Below, one piece after another: positions 1-7,982 of a stretch of 64,000 nt of DNA. The DNA comes from Candidatus Woesearchaeota archaeon (GTDB lineage: Archaea; Nanobdellota; Nanobdellia; Pacearchaeales; GW2011-AR1). Both the position numbers and the translations under genes were made by a program. The DNA lies in NCBI GenBank assembly GCA_964613185.1, contig CAZTIP010000003.1:2987-66986 (forward strand). Direction: 5' to 3'. Below the pieces are notes generated by a model. That model saw only the letters and a list, made by a program, of their open reading frames with translations. It was not told the DNA's origin and did not search any database. Position 1 is the first letter of the stretch, and each line of letters begins with the position of its first letter.

Positions 1-1033
1 CTCCTCCCGTCCCGATATTCGTTGCAATTCCAGAAAATAATTCAGAAAGTCGTTTATTGGAAATTTTTCTAGAAACATTTTTTAAAGAAGTCACCAAATC
101 ATATCCATAAATCTCTACTTGCGCAATAATTTTTTTAATTTCAAATCCGATATTTTTATATTCCTTAGACATAGAGATTATCTTCAAAATTTTAACGGGT
201 TCAATATTTGATCCAGAAATAGCCGCCATATGAATTGTAGCAAATGGAAGTTCCTGAGAAATCTTTTTTTGAACAGAACTTGCCTCGCTTGCAGGATAAA
301 GATAAAATGCAATAAACGTAAATCCAGATAGAGCAAACGGAATCCAGGCATAAATAAAATTGCTTAAATTAAATATCAATAAAACTCCAAAAATAATTAT
401 TCCAACTAAAAAGGAAATAGAAATAGACATCAACATCATTGAAAGATAGGTGGACATTAGAAATTTCAAATTAGCTTTTTTCAAATCACGAGAAACACCT
501 CCAAATTTAGGGGAAAGCTTCTCCGAAGATTTTCTAAAAAATTTGTTGGAAAACTTCGCAAAGACATTCGGTCTCAGAGAAGACGTCAATTTTTTTTCAT
601 CCTTAATCCTACTTCTTTCTAAGGAGGTCAAACTTCCTTCAGACAATCTCAAATCTTTCAAAAAAGATTCCCTATCTTCTTTATTAAGTGTAACAAAATT
701 TTTATCTTTCTTAGAGGGGGAAACATAACTTACACGAACGACCTTTTCTTTTTTTTCATCTTTCTTTTTCTTTTTCTTTTCACTTATTCTCCCCCCTAAA
801 ATTTTTTTTATTTTAGAGTTATCTTCAGAATCCCTTTGAATTTTCACATTAACATTTATCGGAGACCATTCTTTCAAAAGTTCTGGAACAGAATTATTCA
901 ATAACTTAAGGTTATTCATCAAAGAATCCAACAATTTAATATACTCATTTCGATGGGGTTCGTCTCCCTTAAGTTTTTCCAAGACGGAATTAATATTAGA
1001 AATAATTTTTTTTTCTTGCAAAATATTTTCTTT
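1..1033 (-). CDS. FlaJ/TadC/PilC-like type IV pilus platform membrane protein (T2SS-F domain). Partial: the C-terminus runs off the window start.
   Basis: The minus-strand frame is open from ~1033 to position 1. Its translation reads ...LKFLMSTYLSMMLMSISISFLVGIIIFGVLLIF...ISGSNIEPVKILKIISMSKEYKNIGFEIKKIIAQVEIYGYDLVTSLKNV..., i.e. a long cytoplasmic N-domain followed by TM helices and a GspF-like repeat. It lies downstream of and co-oriented with the FlaI-like ATPase. It is absent from the ORF track because no stop codon falls inside the window. The start is uncertain: TTG at ~1033 or ATG at 918. Confidence 0.6.
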
Positions 1034-1039
1034 TAATCG

Positions 1040-1212
1040 TTCAAACATTTTTTCCCAAAATCTCCTCATCAATTTTTTTATGCAAATCAAAAATAAATGT
1101 TCTCAATTCATTCGCTTCATTAAAATTCTTTTGAGAAACTGCAATATCCAATTTAGAAACTGCTTCATCCATAGAATCTACCAAATGTTCAATAAAATTA
1201 ATATCCACCATC
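1040..1212 (-). CDS. Hypothetical small helical protein (57 aa). It is in the same frame as the downstream FlaJ-like ORF and separated from it by one TGA.
   Basis: Manual translation gives MVDINFIEHLVDSMDEAVSKLDIAVSQKNFNEANELRTFIFDLHKKIDEEILGKNV*. It is below the 60-aa cutoff of the ORF track. Confidence 0.25.
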
Positions 1213-1257
1213 TAAAATAATTAAGAATATTTTCTTTATTAATGTTATTAGAAATAA

Positions 1258-1524
1258 TTACTCTGAAGTCAAAGGGTAATGTTTCTCAAACCAAGCTTTC
1301 TCTCTTTCAATTCCCTCATTATCACTTGATTTTAAGGCCCTAACATAAATTTCAAAATGTTTGCAATAAGGAGACTGACTATCATAAATATCAATTTGTT
1401 CTAGTGCCAAACGGTCATCGCAATGAACTTCTCGAAGAAACTCGTAAGTTTCTGCCCTCTTCTCCAAATGCAAATTAGTTAATCCATCCAAATAACTTAA
1501 ATATCCCTTACTTAATCCTTCCAT
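1258..1524 (-). CDS. Hypothetical protein (88 aa) between the pilus ATPase and the platform gene
   Basis: ORF in the same orientation as the pilus locus. No recognisable motif. Confidence 0.4.
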   Translation of the reverse strand: MEGLSKGYLSYLDGLTNLHLEKRAETYEFLREVHCDDRLALEQIDIYDSQSPYCKHFEIYVRALKSSDNEGIEREKAWFEKHYPLTSE

Positions 1525-1647
1525 AAATTAAAAATTAATTTCCACTTTAAAAACTTTTTCCATATTCAGATTATAATTTAAATGCGCAATAAAAAATTTC
1601 TACTTAGAAATTTTTCTCCAAATAACCAATTAATAGTAAAAACAAAT

Positions 1648-3177
1648 CTAACTTAATCCATACCTCTTCAAAACTGCTTGAGGATTTTTTTGGTATTCAT
1701 TAACAATTTTCTGAACCTCCTCATATGAAAGAATTTTTTCTGTATAAAATTTTTTCAAAAGAGTAGTTCTATTTTCCAGTTCTTTAATCAAATCTTCCCT
1801 TTTCAATCCAAATTTATCGGAAATTTTATCAAAAATCTTGCTTTTATTATTGCTCTGAAAAATATCTTGTGCAGGGTCCCAAATAAATGGAGTATTTGTT
1901 GTAGCAGTTCCATCAGGTTTAACTTCAATAACTTCGGTGATTTCTCGAAGACGACGAGTTTCTTGTCCCTTAACAATCGCGTGAGTCATAATAATCACTG
2001 CATCTAAGCTATCTACCAACATAGGACTTAAGCTAATTGGGGGAGTTTCCAATCTTCGAATAACTGCATCTACAGAATCTGCATGCATTGTAGAAATAGA
2101 TGAATGTCCAGATGCCATCCCTTGAAATAAAACTGAAGCTTCTTTTCCCCTAACTTCACCAACAATAACATAATCGGGATTTTGTCTAAAAGAACTTTTC
2201 AATAAACTAAACATATCAACCTCTCCAATTCCCTCTCCAGAAACTCCGGAACGAACAACTGATGGAAGCCAATTTTCTCGGGGAAGATTCAATTCACGAG
2301 TATCTTCAATCGAAACAACTCTCTTTTCAGGAGGAATAAAAAATGCAATAGCATTCAATAAAGTTGTTTTTCCAGAAGCAGTTCCTCCAACAATCATCAA
2401 GTTAGAATCGTATTCCAAAAGAATCCACAAATAAGCAAGTATATCTGGACTAAGAGTATGAAATCCAATTAATTGAGTAGGTGTCCAAGGAGTCTTTGTA
2501 AATTTACGAATAGTAAATGTTGGGCCTTTAGAACTAATGTCTTTTGTATAAGTTGCATTAACTCTAGAACCATCAGGTAAACTTCCGTCAAGAATAGGGG
2601 AAGCATAAGAAACATATCTTCCAGTTTTCTGAGCAAGTTTTTCTACAAAATTAGTTAAAGAATCTATTGATTTAAATTTAACATTAGTTTTAATATTTCG
2701 AAATACTCGATGAACTATGTAGATGGGTTCACCAAAACCATTACATTCAATATCTTCAATAAAATAATCTTTCATCATAGCTTCAATTTCATTAAGTCCT
2801 ATAAAATTTCGATAAAGGTAATAAAAAATTTTACTAAATGATTCTTCACTAATTTCCAATGCCAATTCGGAAATAATTAATCGAGAGGTTTTATCAATAT
2901 AATCAACCAAATTTTCGGCAGTTTTTTGTTTATCCAACAAATCCATATTTACAACTTCCCTTATTGCATTCTCAATTTTTCCAAGATTCTCATTTTCTTC
3001 AGAGTTCATCAAGGGTTCTTCAACTTCATAAATAATTTCTCCAAGTTTTGCATCCCAATAAATATGGATAGAAACATATGGATCGATAACCATATAACGA
3101 ACATTAATCTTAGTTTTATCTTGCAATTTGGGAATTGATGGAATTCGCGGATTAAAATTTATCTTCATATCACCCAT
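1648..3177 (-). CDS. FlaI/PilB/VirB11-family secretion ATPase (type IV pilus / archaellum assembly ATPase)
   Basis: Walker A VGGTASGKTTLLNA. Asp-box SIEDTRELNLP. His-box region VIVGEVRGKEA. Walker B/hexamer region typical of GspE-family ATPases. Length 509 aa. Confidence 0.9.
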   Translation of the reverse strand: MGDMKINFNPRIPSIPKLQDKTKINVRYMVIDPYVSIHIYWDAKLGEIIYEVEEPLMNSEENENLGKIENAIREVVNMDLLDKQKTAENLVDYIDKTSRLIISELALEISEESFSKIFYYLYRNFIGLNEIEAMMKDYFIEDIECNGFGEPIYIVHRVFRNIKTNVKFKSIDSLTNFVEKLAQKTGRYVSYASPILDGSLPDGSRVNATYTKDISSKGPTFTIRKFTKTPWTPTQLIGFHTLSPDILAYLWILLEYDSNLMIVGGTASGKTTLLNAIAFFIPPEKRVVSIEDTRELNLPRENWLPSVVRSGVSGEGIGEVDMFSLLKSSFRQNPDYVIVGEVRGKEASVLFQGMASGHSSISTMHADSVDAVIRRLETPPISLSPMLVDSLDAVIIMTHAIVKGQETRRLREITEVIEVKPDGTATTNTPFIWDPAQDIFQSNNKSKIFDKISDKFGLKREDLIKELENRTTLLKKFYTEKILSYEEVQKIVNEYQKNPQAVLKRYGLS

Positions 3178-3196
3178 AAGAATAATAAGATATTTA

Positions 3197-3226
3197 ACCT
3201 TATTAAACCTTATTAAACCTTATTAA
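3197..3226. repeat. 10-nt tandem repeat ACCTTATTAA x3 in the ATPase-pilin intergenic spacer
   Basis: Direct reading of aaccttattaaaccttattaaaccttattaa. Confidence 0.6.
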
Positions 3227-3771
3227 ATTTCTCTAAGATTAACAATTATATTTCCTTCAGAATTTTCTCCAGAATTTTCAATAGTCAATTTATAGGGTGT
3301 TGGAGAGGGTAAAAAGGATTTAGTTCCGGTATCTCCAGATTCAAATTGAATATCTACCCCATATCTTGTTTCTAAATTAACTTCCCAAGGATCATCAAGT
3401 TTAGTCGTAACATCAATTTTCCCAACAGGAACTATGACATCTTCCTCACTATACAAAAAACTAGAATCAACAATCCAAGAAAGTTTATCGTTCCCCATAT
3501 CAATCTTAAATTCTCCATTAGTAATCATAAGTTCAACCATCCTACGATTCCCTACAGAAGAACCAAAAACAATACGGATTTTGTCATCAATGTTTGTTAA
3601 AGCTTCAATAGCTTGATTAATTGCAATTTCATCTTTCTTCGCATCAATTTCTGGTTTAGCAATTGTAAGAACAAGTCCAATTATCGCAAGTCCAATTAAA
3701 GTATAAATTACAGTCTCAATCCAAATTTGACCACCCTTCCCGTTTAATCGCCTCATAAGAAAAAAATGCAT
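3223..3771 (-). CDS. Pilin-like protein with class III (type IV prepilin-like) signal peptide
   Basis: N-terminus MHFFLMRRLNGKGG-QIWIETVIYTLIGLAIIGLVL: a charged region, then G, then a hydrophobic helix. Last gene of a five-pilin array. Confidence 0.55.
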   Translation of the reverse strand: MHFFLMRRLNGKGGQIWIETVIYTLIGLAIIGLVLTIAKPEIDAKKDEIAINQAIEALTNIDDKIRIVFGSSVGNRRMVELMITNGEFKIDMGNDKLSWIVDSSFLYSEEDVIVPVGKIDVTTKLDDPWEVNLETRYGVDIQFESGDTGTKSFLPSPTPYKLTIENSGENSEGNIIVNLREI

Positions 3772-3863
3772 TTCCGCTTTATATATTTATCCAAAAAAAA
3801 TAAAAAAATCAGAAGGGTCCCAAAAAGGGACCAAATAAAAATAAAAATAAAAATTAATTGTTT

Positions 3864-4370
3864 TTAAACACAGGCAGGAATAGGGCTAAATGTTGCAGAA
3901 ACATCACAGCTTTCTATAGAATTTCCTAAAGTAATCATAGACGCAATTCCAATAGAATCTGGAGTCATAGTTGAAAACAGAGTCGCCTGGTCAAATTCAT
4001 AGACTGCATTACTATTTGCTCCGGGAAGTGTAGTTGACCCAGTTATACCCGCTGTAATGGCGCCAGTAGAATCAAACAAATTAACACTTGTTGTAGTTCC
4101 AGCCTCACCAATTAAAAATTGTAAGTTTTGAAGAGTATCTACATCAGAACCAGCCCTAACTTGAACTTTCAAATGAGTGCTATTAAAACAAGTATATCCT
4201 GAACCACCAATAGTTAATTCCGAAGTTACAGCCAAACAAGCATTACCTTTATCCAATTGATCACTTACCATAGGTATAATCGCTGCCCAAATAATCGTAA
4301 CAGCTGCAACAGTAATCAAAATAATCAAAACTGTAGCCACAATTGCAGAAACACCTTTTTTATTATTCAT
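3864..4370 (-). CDS. Archaeal type IV pilin-like protein (class III signal peptide)
   Basis: N-terminus MNNKKG-VSAIVATVLIILITVAAVTIIWAAI, a canonical KKG / hydrophobic prepilin motif. Confidence 0.7.
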   Translation of the reverse strand: MNNKKGVSAIVATVLIILITVAAVTIIWAAIIPMVSDQLDKGNACLAVTSELTIGGSGYTCFNSTHLKVQVRAGSDVDTLQNLQFLIGEAGTTTSVNLFDSTGAITAGITGSTTLPGANSNAVYEFDQATLFSTMTPDSIGIASMITLGNSIESCDVSATFSPIPACV

Positions 4371-4433
4371 TATTTTTTATCCTCCTTTCAATTAAATTCA
4401 TTTCGAATTTTTTAAATTTGATTTCGTTTATTC

Positions 4434-4910
4434 TCATAAAATAAACTCCTTACCCATATTTAAACAAGTAAAAACTCTATTTGAACTTTTTCCTTTCGGA
4501 TTCCCAATCAACGCAGGATAAATCATCACACTATCTGCTCTGTCATTATTTTCCATAGCTAAATTAACCGAACCTTCGGCACTTCCACCTTTAAGAATTT
4601 TATAAGAAAACTTTCTAAAAATCGCATTACCACCTTTAAAAAGTTTAATTTCCAGTCTGTAAATATCTACATCCCCTCTATTAATCACTTCCAAAGTATC
4701 TCCATTTATCCCTCCAAGAATTTCCACATCAAATTGAACATCCGAACAAATAGTTTCGATGGGTTGTCCAAATTTTTCAACCTTCTCAGCAATAAATCCT
4801 CTTGCCCAAATAAATATTAAAATAGCCAAAACAAAAACTAGCAAAATTAACAAAACACTTGCAATAACGGGGGTAATCCCTTTCTTATCTTTAGAAAAAC
4901 CTCTTTTCAT
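4434..4910 (-). CDS. Archaeal type IV pilin-like protein (class III signal peptide)
   Basis: N-terminus MKRGFSKDKKG-ITPVIASVLLILLVFVLAILIFIW. Confidence 0.65.
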   Translation of the reverse strand: MKRGFSKDKKGITPVIASVLLILLVFVLAILIFIWARGFIAEKVEKFGQPIETICSDVQFDVEILGGINGDTLEVINRGDVDIYRLEIKLFKGGNAIFRKFSYKILKGGSAEGSVNLAMENNDRADSVMIYPALIGNPKGKSSNRVFTCLNMGKEFIL

Positions 4911-4961
4911 TGAGATAAATAGAACTTCGGATTTATAAATTTATGGAAACCTAAAAAAAAT

Positions 4962-5456
4962 TTAATTACAAATAACACTCTGTGCAGTAAATGAAGGACA
5001 GCTAATATTTACCCCATTTTCTCCAACAATAGTCGGTTGAACTTCAATCAAAGTAATCTCCGTAAATCCCTCTTCAGAATAATCTGAAAACAAATAATTT
5101 TTAGAATTTAAATCGCCGACGGAAACAGGAGCTCCAGAACTATTCAAGGTATAAAATCCAAAATCAGCATCATCCCTATCATGAACTCTCAAAATAAAAC
5201 CATCAACTTCAAACAACCCCTTATTTTTCAAAGTAATATTCACATTTCCATTCAGACCTTTATTACAAGTATAATTTTGTATAACTAAGTTAACTCCTTC
5301 AGGACATTCTTCCAAATCTGATGCACCAACATAAAATTGAAGCCAATTATAAACCAAAACAGAAAGCGAAATCGTAATCGTAATCAACAAAACATAAGCA
5401 ACCATATTGCTAAGTCCTTTTTTCCGATTACCTAATGGAGACAAAATTTTCATCAT
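4962..5456 (-). CDS. Archaeal type IV pilin-like protein (class III signal peptide)
   Basis: N-terminus MMKILSPLGNRKKG-LSNMVAYVLLITITISLSVLVYNW. Confidence 0.65.
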   Translation of the reverse strand: MMKILSPLGNRKKGLSNMVAYVLLITITISLSVLVYNWLQFYVGASDLEECPEGVNLVIQNYTCNKGLNGNVNITLKNKGLFEVDGFILRVHDRDDADFGFYTLNSSGAPVSVGDLNSKNYLFSDYSEEGFTEITLIEVQPTIVGENGVNISCPSFTAQSVICN

Positions 5457-6045
5457 CGACCTCCTTTTGAATTACAAAAATAACTTGGTAAGAGTCTTCA
5501 ATAGGAAAAGAAAATACATCTCCCGAGATAATTACATCGAGAGTGGAACTAGCTCCAAAATCTGCAGAATTAAATTCCCCTTCCCACAAATTAGAAGAAT
5601 CACTATAATCCCAAGAAACACTGTTACTTGTAGAACCATAAGACAAAGTCCCATTAAATTGTGTCCCAGCCCCCCTAATCTCACTACAAGTTTCTGCATC
5701 TCCACTAGCACATGCATAAATTAATTCAGAACCATAATTTTTCAAATAAAGCTGAGAAGAATTCCCATAAATAAACATAAAATTAGCATAAGGATCTTTA
5801 TCCCGAATATCTTCAGAAATATTTTGGACAAATACTGAAAGATTAAATCCAGTCGGAAAACCATTATAAATATCATATTCAATCACAGCACCAGCTTCCC
5901 TTTTCATTTCGTAACTAAAATCTTTCAAATTCACAGGTTCAGGATTTACTTCCGCCCCATTTGCAATCGCACCAAAACTAAGAACTATCACAGAAATAAT
6001 TACAGAAGAAAGAAGAAAAAATTGTCCATTTTTATTTACCACCAT
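5428..6045 (-). CDS. Pilin-like secreted protein (class III-like signal peptide). First gene of the pilin array.
   Basis: N-terminus MVVNKNG-QFFLLSSVIISVIVLSFGAIANGA. A TATA-like TTTATAAA lies ~25 nt upstream on the minus strand (~6066-6073). Confidence 0.5.
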   Translation of the reverse strand: MVVNKNGQFFLLSSVIISVIVLSFGAIANGAEVNPEPVNLKDFSYEMKREAGAVIEYDIYNGFPTGFNLSVFVQNISEDIRDKDPYANFMFIYGNSSQLYLKNYGSELIYACASGDAETCSEIRGAGTQFNGTLSYGSTSNSVSWDYSDSSNLWEGEFNSADFGASSTLDVIISGDVFSFPIEDSYQVIFVIQKEVDDENFVSIR

Positions 6046-6120
6046 AAATAATCAACAATTCCATTCTTTATAAATTTAAGGAAAAAATATCATTTTTCAA
6101 AGAACAAATTGGACAAAAAA

Positions 6121-6379
6121 GTAGGTCCGACAATTAGCTCAAATTCACTGAAAAGAGGAAGTTGATTATCCTCAGTTCTGCGACCCTTTAAGCACCTAAA
6201 CTATAACTTAGGGCTGCTTCGTTCCCGACCTGACCCGATTCATCAAAGCAAGATCAAAAAGGACAAAACTTCAACGTCAAACCAACAACATTGACAGCTT
6301 CATCTCACGCCTTGCCTTACAGTCCGCCATAAAGCCCATTTGCGAAACAGCGCAGGGCTAACACGCCAACCTGACCTAC
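6121..6379 (-). ncRNA. ffs: Signal recognition particle RNA (7S / SRP RNA), ~259 nt
   Basis: The minus-strand sequence contains the universal helix-8 motif GGUCAGGUCG-GGAA-CGAAGCAGCCC (compare E. coli 4.5S CAGGUCC-GGAA-GGAAGCAGCC). The 5' GUAGGUC pairs with the 3' GGACCUAC (helix 1). The 3' end is followed by a U6 run. Local GC content is clearly above the genome background. Confidence 0.75.
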
Positions 6380-6397
6380 ATAAAATAATAGAAGAAA

Positions 6398-6410
6398 AGG
6401 TTTTTAAGAC
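6398..6410. promoter_or_regulatory. Shared palindromic TATA element (AAGGTTTTTAAGAC) serving the divergent SRP RNA and tRNA-Ser
   Basis: TTTTTAAG sits ~24-31 nt upstream of the tRNA-Ser 5' end on the plus strand. Its complement CTTAAAAA sits ~22-29 nt upstream of the SRP RNA 5' end on the minus strand. Confidence 0.4.
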
Positions 6411-6431
6411 TTATGTTCTAAGAAAATCTAT

Positions 6432-6512
6432 GCCTACATCGCATAATGGTATTGCACCGCCCTGCTAAGGCGGACCCTTCGGGGTACCCAGGTTCGATTC
6501 CTGGTGTAGGCG
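6432..6512 (+). tRNA. tRNA-Ser (anticodon GCT), class II with long variable arm. No encoded CCA.
   Basis: Acceptor GCCTACA/TGTAGGC. Anticodon stem CCGCC/GGCGG with loop CTGCTAA. Variable arm CCC-TTCG-GGG. T-arm CCAGG-TTCGATT-CCTGG. Confidence 0.85.
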
Positions 6513-6631
6513 TAGAATCTAACCGGTGGTTTGGTTTCACAGTAAGCGGAGTGCGACCGAAAGCAACGAGTGTGTTTCACACAAAATAGATTCCTGGCAA
6601 GGGAATATAATAAAATAAAAAAGTAATAAAA

Positions 6632-7399
6632 ATGAAAATAGTATCTTGGAATGTAAATGGGATTAGAGCTGTCTTAAAGAAAGGATTTGAAGATTTCGTT
6701 AAGAATGAAAATCCAGATATATTATGCATTCAAGAAACAAAAGCCCATCCAGATCAGGTAGATGAAATTCTCAATAATTACGAACACCATTTTTGGAATT
6801 CTGCAGAAAAAAAGGGTTATTCTGGAACTGCAATATTTAGTAAGGTAAAACCAATTTCTGTAATTTACGGAGACGGTCCAATGAACGATGATCAAGGAAG
6901 AGTAATCACTTTAGAATTTGAAGAATATTATCTTATCAATGTTTATACCCCAAATTCAAAAAGACAACTAGAAAGATTAGAAGATCGTCAAGTATGGGAT
7001 AAAAATTTTCTAAAATTCATAAAAGATTTTGAACAAAAAAAACCTGTGATTATTTGCGGAGATTTTAATGTAGCTCACAAAGAAATAGATATAGCAAGAC
7101 CTACAGCAAATAAAACAACAGAAAAAAAACCAGGAACAGCAGGATTTACCGATGAAGAGAGGAAAGGAATGGATAATTACATAAATCATGGACTAGTAGA
7201 TACATTCAGAGAATTCAACAATGAACCTGGAAATTATACTTGGTGGAGTTACATGTTTAATGCAAGAGCAAACAACACAGGTTGGAGAATTGACTATTTC
7301 CTAACTTCATCGTCTCTAAAATCAAAATTAAAGGATGCAAAAATTTTATCAAAAATTATGGGGAGCGACCATTGTCCTGTAACATTAGAATTAATATAA
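6632..7399 (+). CDS. xth: Exodeoxyribonuclease III / AP endonuclease (EEP family)
   Basis: N-terminus MKIVSWNVNGIRA...ILCIQETK. C-terminal WRIDYFL...SDHCPV motifs of the Xth/APE1 family. Confidence 0.9.
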   Translation: MKIVSWNVNGIRAVLKKGFEDFVKNENPDILCIQETKAHPDQVDEILNNYEHHFWNSAEKKGYSGTAIFSKVKPISVIYGDGPMNDDQGRVITLEFEEYYLINVYTPNSKRQLERLEDRQVWDKNFLKFIKDFEQKKPVIICGDFNVAHKEIDIARPTANKTTEKKPGTAGFTDEERKGMDNYINHGLVDTFREFNNEPGNYTWWSYMFNARANNTGWRIDYFLTSSSLKSKLKDAKILSKIMGSDHCPVTLELI

Positions 7400-7456
7400 T
7401 TTGATATCACTAAATAGTAGTCAGAAAGTTTTATAATAATTAAATACCCCTATATT

Positions 7457-7550
7457 TTATCTAACTTCGGTTAGATCGCTTGACTTCGGTTAAGTGTGAG
7501 AGATTGGACGGCTTCGGTTATTCAATCTCTCTTTATTTTTTTCAAAAATT
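7457..7550 (+). ncRNA. Candidate small structured RNA or regulatory array: three consecutive UUCG-tetraloop hairpins, ending in a 9-bp stem plus T-run
   Basis: Hairpin 1: ATCTAAC-TTCG-GTTAGAT. Hairpin 2: CTTGAC-TTCG-GTTAAG. Hairpin 3: GAGAGATTG...GGCTTCGGTTA...CAATCTCTC, followed by TTTATTTTTTT. A CTATATTTTA TATA-like element lies just upstream. Confidence 0.3.
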
Positions 7551-7607
7551 TTTAAACTATAAATAAAATACAACAATACTTATAAACTATTCAAGATAAC
7601 TATAATC

Positions 7608-7934
7608 ATGGACAAAGAAATTGGAAAAATAAGCAAGGGAGAATATCAGGGGGTAACAACAGATATTATCGTCGGTGTTAAAGAATTTAATGGAAGGATA
7701 GGAGTAGATATTCGAGAATTTACGACAAGTGAAGCATACACCGGACCTACAAAAAAAGGATTGAGAATTCCTGCCGAAAGATTTGAAGAATTTCAAAGAA
7801 TGATTAGTTTAATTAGGCCAGAAGATTTGCAAATGGGGAAAACTCCTCAAGAATCTTCTCCAGTGACGGAAAATCTTGAAACTGAAACTTCACAAAACGA
7901 ACCTTCAGGAATTGATGAACAAGGATTAATGTAA
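7608..7934 (+). CDS. PC4/p15-like ssDNA-binding transcriptional coactivator domain protein
   Basis: GVKEFNGRIGVDIREF...GPTKKGLRIPAERFEEFQRMI aligns with the human PC4 core (KVLIDIREYW...GRKGISLNPEQW). Confidence 0.65.
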   Translation: MDKEIGKISKGEYQGVTTDIIVGVKEFNGRIGVDIREFTTSEAYTGPTKKGLRIPAERFEEFQRMISLIRPEDLQMGKTPQESSPVTENLETETSQNEPSGIDEQGLM

Positions 7935-7982
7935 ACTATCAACAAACTTTTATAAACATCCCAATATTATTTATTTTAAGAG

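Noticed and set aside
450-728. Plus-strand 92-aa ORF
   Set aside because: It lies entirely antisense to the long open FlaJ/TadC-like frame on the minus strand. Its composition looks non-protein-like.
2926-3616. Plus-strand ORFs 2926..3138 and 3434..3616
   Set aside because: They are antisense to the well-supported FlaI ATPase and pilin genes, and low-complexity.
5407-5724. ORFs 5407..5724 (+) and 5532..5717 (-) nested in the first pilin gene
   Set aside because: Alternative frames of a gene with a convincing class III signal peptide. No independent support.
6150-6420. RNase P RNA as the identity of the GC-rich island
   Set aside because: No CR-I/CR-V (AGGAAAGUCC / ACAGAAA-type) motifs were found. 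Instead the minus strand carries the diagnostic SRP helix-8 GGAA-tetraloop motif with a pairing 5'/3' helix 1.
7587-7796. Minus-strand 69-aa ORF
   Set aside because: Antisense to the PC4-like gene.
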